Shown here: one piece after another, positions 1 through 10,329 of the stretch
Position numbering within the stretch: position 1 is the first letter of the stretch
Layout: each line of letters begins with the position of its first letter
Assembly (NCBI GenBank): GCA_046482545.1
Contig: JAWOEX010000028.1
Location: 96,001 to 160,000, forward strand
Origin: Candidatus Thorarchaeota archaeon
GTDB taxonomy: Archaea; Asgardarchaeota; Thorarchaeia; Thorarchaeales; Thorarchaeaceae
Direction: 5' to 3'
Length of the DNA stretch: 64,000 nucleotides
The notes under the pieces: model-generated
What the model saw: the letters and a program-made list of their open reading frames with translations, nothing else
Databases searched by the model: none
Told to the model about the DNA's origin: nothing
Program-made: the position numbers and the translations under genes

Positions 1-152
1 ATCTGAGCAGAGGGTTTTCACTACCGTTAGTTCTTGTGTATTGACTCTAAGGCTAAGCAGCAGACCAGCCCGTCTACATTAAAGACCAAGTGGACATTCA
101 AGAAATTCTCACTTCGTAGAAGAGATCGAAGACGAGTGTTCGGCCTAAGAGC

Positions 153-920
153 CTAGTCCTGTAAATGCTTATCCACAACTTGAGCACACACGCCAGGAAT
201 ATCGCTGATTATTCCATCGGTATTCCAATCCAGCATCTGCTTCATGTAGTCTTCATCGTTGACTGTCCACGGATATACACCCAGCCCGGCTTCATGAGCA
301 TAGGAGACCGAATCCTCAGTTAATTGATAGAAAAGGGGTGCTATGAAATCCATTCCGAGTTCCGTTGCACAATCTACAGTTTCATACCCACTGCTCTTGA
401 CTATGAGACCTATGGCTGCCTTATCGCTCAAATTTCTCAGCGATGAAACCGCGTTCTCAGAAAAGGAACTGAAGATTACGCTTTCAATCATGTCGTGCTC
501 CTTTACTAGGTCAAGAGCCCTGTCTTCAATTCCCTCCGTTTTGATTTCAATATCGAGGGCGAAATCACCTTTGGCCAAGTCCAAAGCCTCTGAAAGCAAT
601 GGGACCTTTTCTCCCTCACCAGCATCCAACTCTCGTATATTGGCCAAACTGCTTTCAGCAACCTTTCCGTTTCCGCTGGTTGTACGACCCAAATCATAAT
701 CGTGAATACAAATCAAAGAGCCATCTCTGGTCTCTTGAACATCAAGCTCAACCATATCCGCTCCAAGTTTCCAAGCAGCCGCATATCCTTTCAACGTGTT
801 CTCGGGAGCGTGATTGGGAGCACCTCTATGCCCAACCACGATCTTCTCTCTCATTTTTGGTTTGAGGTTGATTCCTAGTGACACATCACTAACCCTCCAT
901 GCATCTTCGAAATATATCAT
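153..920 (-). CDS. Glycerophosphodiester phosphodiesterase (GDPD family)
   Basis: VGHRGA...PENTL, ELDVQETRDG, IHD, DIEIK, WTVND, GIISD motifs; start overlaps the upstream stop (ATGA); alternative start M23 at 854. Confidence 0.93.
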   Translation of the reverse strand: MIYFEDAWRVSDVSLGINLKPKMREKIVVGHRGAPNHAPENTLKGYAAAWKLGADMVELDVQETRDGSLICIHDYDLGRTTSGNGKVAESSLANIRELDAGEGEKVPLLSEALDLAKGDFALDIEIKTEGIEDRALDLVKEHDMIESVIFSSFSENAVSSLRNLSDKAAIGLIVKSSGYETVDCATELGMDFIAPLFYQLTEDSVSYAHEAGLGVYPWTVNDEDYMKQMLDWNTDGIISDIPGVCAQVVDKHLQD

Positions 921-1222
921 TCATCATCAGGACTAATCCCGGTTCCACCACATCTTGGACAGGTCTCGGTTCCAACATCGGTTTTGATTGTGCCTGTTCC
1001 GTCACAATAGTAGCATTGAGAAGAATCGATATCCAAGGACTTATCGAATCCTCTGGCTACTGCGGCGCCAATGCCAATCATGACTGCGGACAAAAACATC
1101 AGTGTAAGAGCATGCAAATAGAGAGATTCTATGGGCATTAAAACTAACAAGGAAAAAATAAACAACACTGAGCCAAGAACACATGATACAATCCCTTTCG
1201 TCTTTCGGTCCATAGATACCAC
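917..1222 (-). CDS. Small two-TM membrane protein with C-terminal DnaJ-type zinc finger
   Basis: Two hydrophobic helices followed by CYYCDGTG...CPRCGGTG (2x CxxCxGxG). Confidence 0.8.
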   Translation of the reverse strand: MVSMDRKTKGIVSCVLGSVLFIFSLLVLMPIESLYLHALTLMFLSAVMIGIGAAVARGFDKSLDIDSSQCYYCDGTGTIKTDVGTETCPRCGGTGISPDDE

Positions 1223-1351
1223 ATTCTCAGGTTAGTGGATGAAGACAACCTAGAGAGAACGAATAGTTGTCTTATCAAGTGTTCACGAATCTACTGTGCT
1301 TTATAGATTACGGCTTAGCAATGAGGGAGGTAGAAGGAACAGATATGAGGG

Positions 1352-2302
1352 ATGAATTACTATGAGATAGCTGGTGTAAGAGTAGTGTCCCAGAAGGACC
1401 TGTTTTCGAAGTATAGTGATATATATAGTAAGGCAGAGGCCAGAGAGATAGTTCCAGATGGTCCCTTTGTACGCCAGTTCATAGATATTCCACATGGCGA
1501 AATAGATGTCGGGGTGTTCTTCAAATCTGAAGGTTCGAAACAGCCTGCTCAGGTTTACATAGGTAGAGCCCTCCCTGTAGAAGCTGCTTCACAGGAAGGT
1601 CTGCTAGAGACCGATGATGAAACACTATTCAGCAGAACGATAGTGTCAGAAATTAGAGATGTAGAATATGTCCGGGTCATTATGTCCGCAGGAAGGCTAT
1701 TAGAAACTCAAAAAGAGAAAAGGAGATTCCTGCAAAAATGTCAGCGTATAATTGATATTTTGGTGAGAAAAGCGAAAAACGTAATCCATATCGGAGTCAT
1801 TGGTAGCTTCAGGATGGACAAGCGCATCTACTCGCTCCGAGAGTTTTTTGAACAGCGCCTAGGCATGAATGAAGTTTCAATTGAAGCTGCATCAATCTCC
1901 TTTGATGCTGCAGCTCCAGATTGTCTCATTCTATCAGATAACACTGTTGTAACCTTAGGAGAACCAAAAGTCGCCCATGGGATATTCCATTTTGTCGGAG
2001 GGCTTGGGTATATCTTTGATAAGGAGGAGGGAGCGGTCCAAGAAGAGCGGCTCTTTCGATCTACAGTTGATCTCTCCGACAATGGGATTGATCGAGCTTA
2101 TGTCGATGGAGTAATCGAGCGTATGACCGAAGATTTTCAGAACAACGTACATTCACTCATGTTCACCGACGTTTGGAAGAAAAGCGACGAGAGGCCAACT
2201 GGAGTCGTCTTCGATCAGAACCTGCTCATCAAAATGGGAGCAAGCAGTGAAATTTGGACTGGCGTCTTCGAAGTATATGTGCGGCCTCCAGCCCAGAGCT
2301 AA
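1352..2302 (+). CDS. Hypothetical soluble protein (316 aa)
   Basis: Long ORF, GAGGG upstream of ATG, globular alpha/beta composition; no family recognised. Confidence 0.75.
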   Translation: MNYYEIAGVRVVSQKDLFSKYSDIYSKAEAREIVPDGPFVRQFIDIPHGEIDVGVFFKSEGSKQPAQVYIGRALPVEAASQEGLLETDDETLFSRTIVSEIRDVEYVRVIMSAGRLLETQKEKRRFLQKCQRIIDILVRKAKNVIHIGVIGSFRMDKRIYSLREFFEQRLGMNEVSIEAASISFDAAAPDCLILSDNTVVTLGEPKVAHGIFHFVGGLGYIFDKEEGAVQEERLFRSTVDLSDNGIDRAYVDGVIERMTEDFQNNVHSLMFTDVWKKSDERPTGVVFDQNLLIKMGASSEIWTGVFEVYVRPPAQS

Positions 2303-2321
2303 TATCTCGTGATTCGTCAAC

Positions 2322-3926
2322 TCAGAAGAATATAAGGTCGAAAGCGTCTATTGCAACAAACACTACACGAAAAGCATAGATTCTGAATGTATAGGTCACA
2401 TCTACTCGTTCATTATTGCTGATCGACTCAGCCATATAATCGATTGACTCCTCACCAAATGACGCGAGTAGTGAGGTAAGCGATTCAACTGTTATGCATT
2501 CCGGCGAGCCACTAGAAGCAAGAAGAATATCATCTGAAATGATGTCTATTTCAGAATATACGGAATCGCTCACTTCGGTTGTTGTAGATATTCCAACGTT
2601 ACTCATTCTGAGTGAGTCGAAATGGGATATAGAACGAACTGTTTGTGAATAGGTATACAGGAAATACTCACCGACATCCCCCGCCATAGCTTCGGAGAAG
2701 AGAGTTCTGTTACAGCTAACTTCAATGCTGTCCCACACACTCAGAGTATCAGATATCAAACCACAAGCCCTCATGGTGTTGTCATCGCCATCCAGACTGT
2801 CATCCATAACAAAAGGCTCAACCACCAAACCGAGAGAAACGCCGAATGATTCAGCCAAGCCTCTCAATCTATTTGTCCACTCCCGGATTATGCTCCGATT
2901 GGATGAATCAAGCATGGACCTCACAACGCCTGAAAAGCCACCAAAATCGACTGCACGGATTCTTGAGAATAACAATGACCACTCGGAGCTCGAAAGGGTC
3001 ATGTCCAGAAAGACTATGCTCGGTTTTCTGAGAGCCGACGTGAAATTGACCAGATGAAATGTTTGGTTGAGGAGTGTATAGTGGCTTTCGAACACCAAAC
3101 GAAGAAGCTGAGCAGATCCCAGTGGTGAATCGATATGCTGGAAGTAGGTCTCTCGGTTGGATGAAAAAGTCATGCTATAGTTCAAATCTGTACTGTTGAG
3201 GGTATACAGCCAGTTGATGGTTTTCTGATGGCGGTCTACATCATCAGCTGAGACCTTTAGATCAAGCCCGAAATCATTCGATTCTAGAGCATTCAGACTA
3301 GGTTCTAAGAGGGATGAATTTTCGTTGACAGAAACAGAAAACCGCATTGGAGAGATTTCGTCAACTTCAACCGTCGCTATCGGATTACGCCCCATTGCAT
3401 ACGTGGCGGTTGGCATAGCAAGGCCTAGCAGATTCATGAATATGAACCAAGCAATGGCCTTCTTGCCCAATTCTTTCAAGTCCCCCTTAAATCCAAACTG
3501 GCCATAGACAAGCATGAAGAACACTGCAACTATGTTCAGCAATACAAGAAGTAGAAACCCATGGACCAAACTGGTCAGCAGGACAAATATGACTGACTCG
3601 ATCATAGTCACTATTAGATTGGTGTTTGCACTCCGAGAGGTGTAGTAGGAATAAACGAGAGAAGGAAGTATGATGAGAAGCGGAATTACGTAGAGCACCA
3701 AAGGGAGAGAATCGGTAAGTGGTACACCTGCAACAACCAACCAACCAATGACATGAATAAGGGTAAATAACATCAATGCAGTGTTGATTCCTAGGACCGT
3801 TGATATCAACAGGTGAATAGCTCGCTCAGCACCCTTGTACCCTGCTATACGGTCTCGGATATTTTCTCGTTTCGTTTGTATTTTCTCAGTTGCGTTAGTC
3901 ATGCTTGTCTTTATTCGATCAGCCAT
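2322..3926 (-). CDS. Hypothetical membrane protein (about 5 N-terminal TM helices plus a large soluble domain)
   Basis: 534-aa ORF; hydrophobic N-terminal third, polar C-terminal domain. Confidence 0.75.
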   Translation of the reverse strand: MADRIKTSMTNATEKIQTKRENIRDRIAGYKGAERAIHLLISTVLGINTALMLFTLIHVIGWLVVAGVPLTDSLPLVLYVIPLLIILPSLVYSYYTSRSANTNLIVTMIESVIFVLLTSLVHGFLLLVLLNIVAVFFMLVYGQFGFKGDLKELGKKAIAWFIFMNLLGLAMPTATYAMGRNPIATVEVDEISPMRFSVSVNENSSLLEPSLNALESNDFGLDLKVSADDVDRHQKTINWLYTLNSTDLNYSMTFSSNRETYFQHIDSPLGSAQLLRLVFESHYTLLNQTFHLVNFTSALRKPSIVFLDMTLSSSEWSLLFSRIRAVDFGGFSGVVRSMLDSSNRSIIREWTNRLRGLAESFGVSLGLVVEPFVMDDSLDGDDNTMRACGLISDTLSVWDSIEVSCNRTLFSEAMAGDVGEYFLYTYSQTVRSISHFDSLRMSNVGISTTTEVSDSVYSEIDIISDDILLASSGSPECITVESLTSLLASFGEESIDYMAESISNNERVDVTYTFRIYAFRVVFVAIDAFDLIFF

Positions 3927-4040
3927 ACACTTGCAAATCCATTACTCGGTTTATGGGACTTATATTTTATGTATATCCCATTTGCGGCATTCAGGTCCCA
4001 ACCATCAAAATGAAATATCATATAGTACGGAAAAAAGGCT

Positions 4041-5246
4041 GTGATACCCGTGTTCGATGTTCTCGTTGTCGGAGCAGGTCCCGGGGGTTCAACTACGGCA
4101 AAGTATCTTGCCGACATGGGTTATCAGGTTTGCCTGATTGATAAGAGCACCTTTCCCAGAGACAAGCCATGTGGCGGGGGTTTCTCACCAGAACTCTTCG
4201 AGTTTTTTCCGCACCTCCGCACAAAACAAGATGAATTTCTTGAGCGGGTGCTTAACGTAGGGATCCTTCATTCGCCGAGCAGGCAAATCACACTCAAAGG
4301 AAAGGCAAAGATGGCTGTAGCTCTGCGCTCAAATTTGGACAATGTCCTCTTCATGGCGGCACACGATGCTGGAGCTGATTGCTTGACGGGTGTTAGGGTA
4401 AAGTCAGTCTCAATCGATAACGATGGGGTCGAGGTGTGGACATCTAATGAAAGGAAAATCTCCGGCAAGGTCATCGTAGGTAGTGACGGGGTGAATAGTA
4501 TCGTAGCGAGAGAATCTGGACTCAATAGTAAATGGCGGCAGGACAGCATAACAGCCTGTAGAGTAGCAGAGATACCGGCAAGAGAAAAAGAGATTGTTGA
4601 TTTTTATGGAATTGAAGGGGATTATCACTTCTATGCTAATCTGTCCGGGGCGCCAGGCTATGGGTGGATCTTTCCAAAAACGGAAACAATCAATGTTGGC
4701 GTGGGTATTAAGGCGAACCATGCCAGCAATATGCAAGCAGTGTTCAACTCCTTCGCGAATTATCTGATGAAGCACGATCTACTTCCCCGAAACATTGACA
4801 TCTCAAATGCTAAGGGGGCAATTGTGCCCACAGGAGGGCCACTGAACTCCTTTGTGCGGAATCGCTGTGTCCTCATTGGTGATTCAGCTGGAATGGTAAA
4901 CCCATTGACCGGTGGGGGAATCCTTTACGCCATGGAAGCAGGCAAGATAGCGGCTGATGTTATTGGCAGATGCATAAACGAGGACAAATGGAGCAAGGAA
5001 AACTTAGAGCCATATCAGCGTGAATGGGAGAGTAGTAGTGGGCGTTCCATGGATGCAATGCTTCTCGCTCAAAGGCTCTTTACAAGTTTCTTGACTGAGA
5101 CGCTTTTCAAGATTGGCTCCCGAGATGACAAACTCCAAGATATGGTCAGTAGCGCCATGGGAGAATCCGAAGTTAGTGATTTGGACATACCTAGACTTGT
5201 TGGGAGGGCTGCGCTTGTATGCCTAAAGACATCTCTTCACATTTGA
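4041..5246 (+). CDS. Geranylgeranyl reductase family FAD oxidoreductase
   Basis: DVLVVGAGPGG FAD motif, PRDKPCGGG, GYGWIFPK, IGDSAGMVNPLTGGGI. Confidence 0.92.
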   Translation: MIPVFDVLVVGAGPGGSTTAKYLADMGYQVCLIDKSTFPRDKPCGGGFSPELFEFFPHLRTKQDEFLERVLNVGILHSPSRQITLKGKAKMAVALRSNLDNVLFMAAHDAGADCLTGVRVKSVSIDNDGVEVWTSNERKISGKVIVGSDGVNSIVARESGLNSKWRQDSITACRVAEIPAREKEIVDFYGIEGDYHFYANLSGAPGYGWIFPKTETINVGVGIKANHASNMQAVFNSFANYLMKHDLLPRNIDISNAKGAIVPTGGPLNSFVRNRCVLIGDSAGMVNPLTGGGILYAMEAGKIAADVIGRCINEDKWSKENLEPYQREWESSSGRSMDAMLLAQRLFTSFLTETLFKIGSRDDKLQDMVSSAMGESEVSDLDIPRLVGRAALVCLKTSLHI

Positions 5247-5355
5247 TTCCGTTGCAGTACTGACTTCGAAACCAACTAATTTTTACACAAAGGATAAATT
5301 AGGGGATACACAAGGCAACTAGGTTAGGTTCAAGTTAGTTAAAGGAGATATAATA

Positions 5356-7026
5356 ATGGAAAGACCATGGTACTCAAGTTATGTAGGTGACACGCCAAAG
5401 GAAATTGAAATTCCTGATGGCCCGCTTTGGAAAAGTCTCGATGACGCAGTTGAGGAGTTCCCAGATAATGTAGCATTACATTACGAGGGAGTCGAAATCA
5501 CATTCCGAGAACTTGGTGAGCTGGTGGGTCGCTTTGCAAATGGAATATCGAAAATGGGTATTGGTAAAGGCGACGCCGTAGCGCTTATGCTACCCAATTG
5601 CCCGCAATTCGTGATTGCCTATTATGGAATTCTCAAGACTGGTGCAACGGTAACACCAGTAAATCCGATGGCCATGCCGAAGGAGCTGAGAATTTACCTG
5701 CAGGGAACAAGAGCAAAGACAATAGTAACGCTGAACTATTTCTATGATGTTGTCGAGACGGTCAGAGCAGAAACCAATCTTGAAACAGCTATCGTTACGG
5801 CTCCATGGGATATGATGTCATGGATCAAGCGAGTGCTTGCAGCCAAGATTGTTTACAGAAACAAGGTTAAGGAAGTGCCACCCCTACGGGAGGGAGATCT
5901 TTTGTGGAATGATTTCATGGAAGACACCGTGCCAGAACCGCCCAAGGTCGAAATAGATCCTTCGAGCCATATCGCGGTATATCAATTCACAGGCGGTACT
6001 ACTGGTGTACCAAAAGCGGCCATGTTGACCCATGATAATCTCAAGGCAAATGTCGCACAGTGTTCTGCCTGGATGGCTTGGATGGCAGAAAGAGGCGAGG
6101 AATTATTTGTCGCAGCCCTTCCGCTTCAACACATATTTGGTCAGACGGTCTCCATGAATCTGGCAATATCATGGGGATGCGGCATGTTGCTAATACCAGA
6201 CCCCAGAGACATCTCAAACCTGTTGTCCAAAATGGACAAGCTTAGACCAACTTTCTTCCCGATAGTGGCAACCCTTGCTATATCCATCTACTCGTTTGAT
6301 CGAGTAGACGAGTATGATATAACATCGCTCAAGCTATCAATAGCAGGTGCAATGGCTCTACCCGCAGAGGTCACGAGAAAATTCGAAGATGCCACAAATT
6401 CGATTATTGTTGAGGGGTACGGTCTAACAGAAGCCTCGCCGGTAACCCATGCTAATCCCTTAGACAAGGAGCTTCGGAAAATCGGCTCAATCGGTTTGCC
6501 TTTCCCGAGTACGGACTGCAAGATTGTGGACCTTGATGATTACACAAAGGAACTTCCCTATGGCGAAATTGGTGAACTATCTGTTAAAGGACCACAGGTC
6601 ATGAAAGGATACCTCAACCGACCGGATGAAACAGATGCTGTACTGAAGCAAGGTGGATGGTTGTTAACCGGCGATATAGCACGAATGGATGAAGACGGAT
6701 GGACCTTTATCGTTGATCGCAAGAAGGATCTCATCAATGCCAGTGGTTACAAGGTCTGGCCAAGGGATGTAGAAGAAGTACTCTTTGAACACCCGAAAGT
6801 GAAAGAGGTAGCAGTCGTCGGTGTGCCTGACGAAGTCAGAGGTGAAACTGTCAAGGCATTCATCATTCTAGAGCCCGGAGAAGAAGCAACCCTCAAGGAG
6901 ATCCGTCAATTCTGCAAAGAGAAGATGGCCGCCTACAAAGTTCCCACAGATGTTGAATTTGTGGACACCCTTCCAAAGACAATGGTAGGCAAGATACTCA
7001 GGCGAGAGCTTAGAGAAGAAGAATAG
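5356..7026 (+). CDS. fadD: Long-chain fatty acid--CoA ligase
   Basis: FTGGTTGVPK, EGYGLTEASP, TGDIA, DRKKD, PKTMVGKILRR motifs; AAGGAG RBS. Confidence 0.93.
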   Translation: MERPWYSSYVGDTPKEIEIPDGPLWKSLDDAVEEFPDNVALHYEGVEITFRELGELVGRFANGISKMGIGKGDAVALMLPNCPQFVIAYYGILKTGATVTPVNPMAMPKELRIYLQGTRAKTIVTLNYFYDVVETVRAETNLETAIVTAPWDMMSWIKRVLAAKIVYRNKVKEVPPLREGDLLWNDFMEDTVPEPPKVEIDPSSHIAVYQFTGGTTGVPKAAMLTHDNLKANVAQCSAWMAWMAERGEELFVAALPLQHIFGQTVSMNLAISWGCGMLLIPDPRDISNLLSKMDKLRPTFFPIVATLAISIYSFDRVDEYDITSLKLSIAGAMALPAEVTRKFEDATNSIIVEGYGLTEASPVTHANPLDKELRKIGSIGLPFPSTDCKIVDLDDYTKELPYGEIGELSVKGPQVMKGYLNRPDETDAVLKQGGWLLTGDIARMDEDGWTFIVDRKKDLINASGYKVWPRDVEEVLFEHPKVKEVAVVGVPDEVRGETVKAFIILEPGEEATLKEIRQFCKEKMAAYKVPTDVEFVDTLPKTMVGKILRRELREEE

Positions 7027-7036
7027 ACAAAACAAA

Positions 7037-7063
7037 ATAGGGGCTCCAAAAAAGAGTCCCTAT
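7037..7063. terminator. Hairpin between convergent genes
   Basis: ATAGGGGCTC-caaaaaa-GAGTCCCTAT (10 bp including one G-U). Confidence 0.55.
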
Positions 7064-7080
7064 CAGTAATTTATTTCCGT

Positions 7081-7647
7081 TTAATCAACGGGATTCAACA
7101 CGTCGGTCTTCAAGTTGCGGATGAGTTCATGAACCTCGGGACGACCCAACATTTTCATTCTCGTCTCAGTCAGATTATTGATTACGCATGCGACACCGAC
7201 AACAGTAGCATCGAGATTCTCCACAATATTCGCTACAGCCAAAACCGTTGTACCCTGTGTTAACCAGTCATCAACTATCGCGACCCTATCACCGGGATCG
7301 ATGGACTCGCTTACCAGAGCTAGTCGTCTATCTGCAAATCTATCTGAGGGAAGCCACTCGACGGGTCGACTGTAATCTTCTTCAAGATAAGCTATTGATC
7401 TTGCAGGAACAATCCCACAACCAAGGTAATACGCTATAGCGCTACCAATTGCCAGACCTCTTTGTTCAATACCGACAACTTTGTTAGGCTGCATCTCAAC
7501 CAGCGGCTTTGCGAGAGCCACGACAGCCTCATGAAATACAGTAGGATGTTCAAGAAGCCTACTGATATCAGCGACTGCTTGGCCTTTTTCTGGCCAGTCC
7601 TTTATGACTTCGACGTATTCTAGAAAATCAATTTCTTCATCTGTCAT
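7081..7647 (-). CDS. Type I phosphoribosyltransferase (adenine PRT-like)
   Basis: DWPEKG (cf. DFPxPG), GIEQRG, PRPP motif VAIVDDWLTQGTT. Confidence 0.85.
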   Translation of the reverse strand: MTDEEIDFLEYVEVIKDWPEKGQAVADISRLLEHPTVFHEAVVALAKPLVEMQPNKVVGIEQRGLAIGSAIAYYLGCGIVPARSIAYLEEDYSRPVEWLPSDRFADRRLALVSESIDPGDRVAIVDDWLTQGTTVLAVANIVENLDATVVGVACVINNLTETRMKMLGRPEVHELIRNLKTDVLNPVD

Positions 7648-7829
7648 GGTCTCAACCAGTTTTATAGTTGACTTCTATGGGTCATATTTCTTTGGGTCAA
7701 GACGTATGGTCATCTTTCACGTTCATAGAGGCAGACAATATATAGGGGAAGTACTATTCAATGCACTATGATGCTGATAGGCCTTAACTAAACCCCTGCA
7801 TCTAGAAAGCCGATAAGGGTGTTGCCAAT

Positions 7830-9026
7830 ATGAAAGTTCCTGGAACTACTGTCTCATTAGCACTCCTGCCTGGCCGGGTCGAGCTACGAGATGAAGGCAG
7901 AATCAAAAAGGAAATTTCTACAAAATCAAAATCGTTCGAAGAGATAGTGAAAGAGGTCAAGTCATACTTCCGTTTCTTTGACAAAAGGTTTCCTCCAGGG
8001 CATATTGAGAATGTCCTTCGCAAGATTGGAGTGGAAGAGGAACTGAAACGCACTAAGGCAACTCCAGAAGAGCGCTCACATGTAGCCCCTGAAGGAGAAA
8101 TCGAAGAACCGTTACCTAAAGCTGAGACCTCCAAGGGAGATATCCTGACAAAAGCTCGTGTTGCAGGAAAGGAGGTAGGGGACATCTCCGAGGCCCTAGC
8201 GGCCGTCGAATCGATGAGTGATACTTTCCGATCGCCCAAAGCAACTAAAGAATCAAAAACTCCCAGTAGTGTGCATGTCAAGCTCAGCTCTCAAAAGGAA
8301 ATCGTTGCATCCGCCGCAAGTCTTCCAAAACAATCGAGACAGCAAAAGGAAATCATCAGCACCAAAATGGAATCCACGACTCCGCAGGCTGATGTGGAAT
8401 CAATAAAGACAGACACCGTAACACCAGTAAAAACCGGTACAGAAGAATCAGATGTGGCTTCTCGGCATGTAATCAAACCTGTTGTCCAGAAGAAATGTCT
8501 GATTGTAGGTGAAGAAAATGTGGGGAAGAGATCGCTTATCAAAGCAGCGGGATTAGAGCTAGTAAATGATGAGAAAGACTACATATACCACGGGATGTTT
8601 AAGACAAATGATTATCGCGTGGATTTGCATGTCTGGTCCTTTGATGATGCAGTAGACCATCGTTTACCTCGAAAGAAGTACTACGGCAATGCTGATGTTG
8701 CAATTGTAGTGTATTCCGCCTGTGATCGATGGAGTTTTGAGAGCCTTAATTTTTGGATTAAAGAGCTCTCAATTTCCGAAGAAATACTGCCTCCACTAAT
8801 CATTACAGGTAACAAGTATGACAAAAAAACGGAGCAGGGCCCTGAAGAATCCGGCGAATTTGTAACCGAGAAGGAAGGTTTCATCTACGCAGAAAATCTC
8901 TCTACTGAACTTGGGAAAGACAAGGATTTCCATCCCGTCGCTTTCCTCGAAACCTCGTGGCCGGATGCCAAGAATACTCATGAACTTTTTCAAATAGCCG
9001 CAGAGATGGCTGTCTCAGAATACTGA
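7830..9026 (+). CDS. Ras/Rab-like small GTPase domain protein with long N-terminal extension and degenerate G motifs
   Basis: KCLIVGEENVGKRS (G1), LHVWSFDD (G3 position), YYGNADVAIVVY, SFESLNFW, IITGNKYD (G4), FLETS (G5). Confidence 0.85.
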   Translation: MKVPGTTVSLALLPGRVELRDEGRIKKEISTKSKSFEEIVKEVKSYFRFFDKRFPPGHIENVLRKIGVEEELKRTKATPEERSHVAPEGEIEEPLPKAETSKGDILTKARVAGKEVGDISEALAAVESMSDTFRSPKATKESKTPSSVHVKLSSQKEIVASAASLPKQSRQQKEIISTKMESTTPQADVESIKTDTVTPVKTGTEESDVASRHVIKPVVQKKCLIVGEENVGKRSLIKAAGLELVNDEKDYIYHGMFKTNDYRVDLHVWSFDDAVDHRLPRKKYYGNADVAIVVYSACDRWSFESLNFWIKELSISEEILPPLIITGNKYDKKTEQGPEESGEFVTEKEGFIYAENLSTELGKDKDFHPVAFLETSWPDAKNTHELFQIAAEMAVSEY

Positions 9027-9196
9027 GGGGTCCTTTGAAAGAAGACGCGGTTATTCCAAGCATGGACAAGCCCTGAGAAATGATGCCAAGTGAAGTGCCC
9101 GTCAATCTGAAACTAAGAACAGTCATATACCCTAGTTTCTAATACCCTATCGAAGATAGTCACTAAATGTACCAAAAGGTCTTGGCTGTGAACTGA

Positions 9197-9502
9197 ATGA
9201 CTCGATGTGAAAGCTGTGGCAAGGAAATGGAGCCGCCAGAGCCAGCTAAGAACTTGGAAGACAACTTCAAAAATGAAGAAAGAATGCGTCTTTGCATCTG
9301 TTCTAAGTGTTTCAATAAACGGTTCAAGGTTGTCACAAAACACAGGAGCGGCTATGGAGGTACCATATACGAGCTTGAGGAAAAGTCAGCTCCTCGATTT
9401 GGTTTGGGAAGCAAGAAACTCTCTTGTCTCAGGTGCTCTTGGGTTGCATGGACCGAAGAAGGTCTAGCAGCACATGTCGAGCATCGACATTCAAACGATT
9501 AG
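9197..9502 (+). CDS. Small zinc-finger protein
   Basis: CESC...CICSKC plus C-terminal CLRC-x12-HVEHRH C2H2-like finger. Confidence 0.75.
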   Translation: MTRCESCGKEMEPPEPAKNLEDNFKNEERMRLCICSKCFNKRFKVVTKHRSGYGGTIYELEEKSAPRFGLGSKKLSCLRCSWVAWTEEGLAAHVEHRHSND

Positions 9503-9510
9503 CCATATCG

Positions 9511-10158
9511 TCAGTTCTCGTTCTTCTTAGTGTCTGTTTGATTTGTGCGTATCATTTGATGTCCAACAACTCTAACATATTCGATTTCTTCTGCGGCCCG
9601 TCCTAGCATACCCATGCGATAGGCGGCATTCCTTGGACCGACGGCCTGCAGCCAGTCGAGCTTGGTCATGTCAAGTGCGTCATGATCTTCGAAATAGTTC
9701 CGTAGATCCCTAGCTATGGTCTTGGTTCTATCAAGCATCGCTGAAGCGAAACCCGCGCTAACCGTACCGAAGCTCACAAGCACCCAGACCATCTCAAATG
9801 GGTCTTGCCCATAATACTCAAAGAAAAAGATGAAGCCTGCAAGATGCGGTTCAATCAGTGCTAACAAGACCAAGAACAAAGCAATATGTTGGGAAGCATC
9901 ATCACTACCCAATCCAGCTACTCCGATGACATCCTGATTCGGAGGGAACAGGAAAACAAGAACACTTCCGCAAGCTGTTCCAACAACCACCGCAGAGATT
10001 AGAATAGATGTTCCAAATTCAGTCGGACGCTCGGCCCAGATTTCCGGAAAACCTATGACTGACTGAAGTATCAACGATATGCCTATTATCGTCGCTCCAG
10101 TCAAGAATCCGCGCCAGCTGAAGAATTCGTAGCATTTAACCAGTATGTCATATTTCAT
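9511..10158 (-). CDS. Hypothetical four-TM membrane protein
   Basis: 215-aa ORF with four hydrophobic segments. Confidence 0.7.
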   Translation of the reverse strand: MKYDILVKCYEFFSWRGFLTGATIIGISLILQSVIGFPEIWAERPTEFGTSILISAVVVGTACGSVLVFLFPPNQDVIGVAGLGSDDASQHIALFLVLLALIEPHLAGFIFFFEYYGQDPFEMVWVLVSFGTVSAGFASAMLDRTKTIARDLRNYFEDHDALDMTKLDWLQAVGPRNAAYRMGMLGRAAEEIEYVRVVGHQMIRTNQTDTKKNEN

Positions 10159-10329
10159 TTGGAAACATCCACTCTGATTGTTATATCCCCGTAAATGTTC
10201 TATTGGGTCATAAACCTTCTTTTTTCCAGTCCTTTTGGGAATTTTAATTCCTCATAATACAAGCGCGAGAGGAAAAGCTAATAGGTAAGTAGTGAATCTT
10301 TATTCAGACAATGGGAGAGGGAAACTCCT

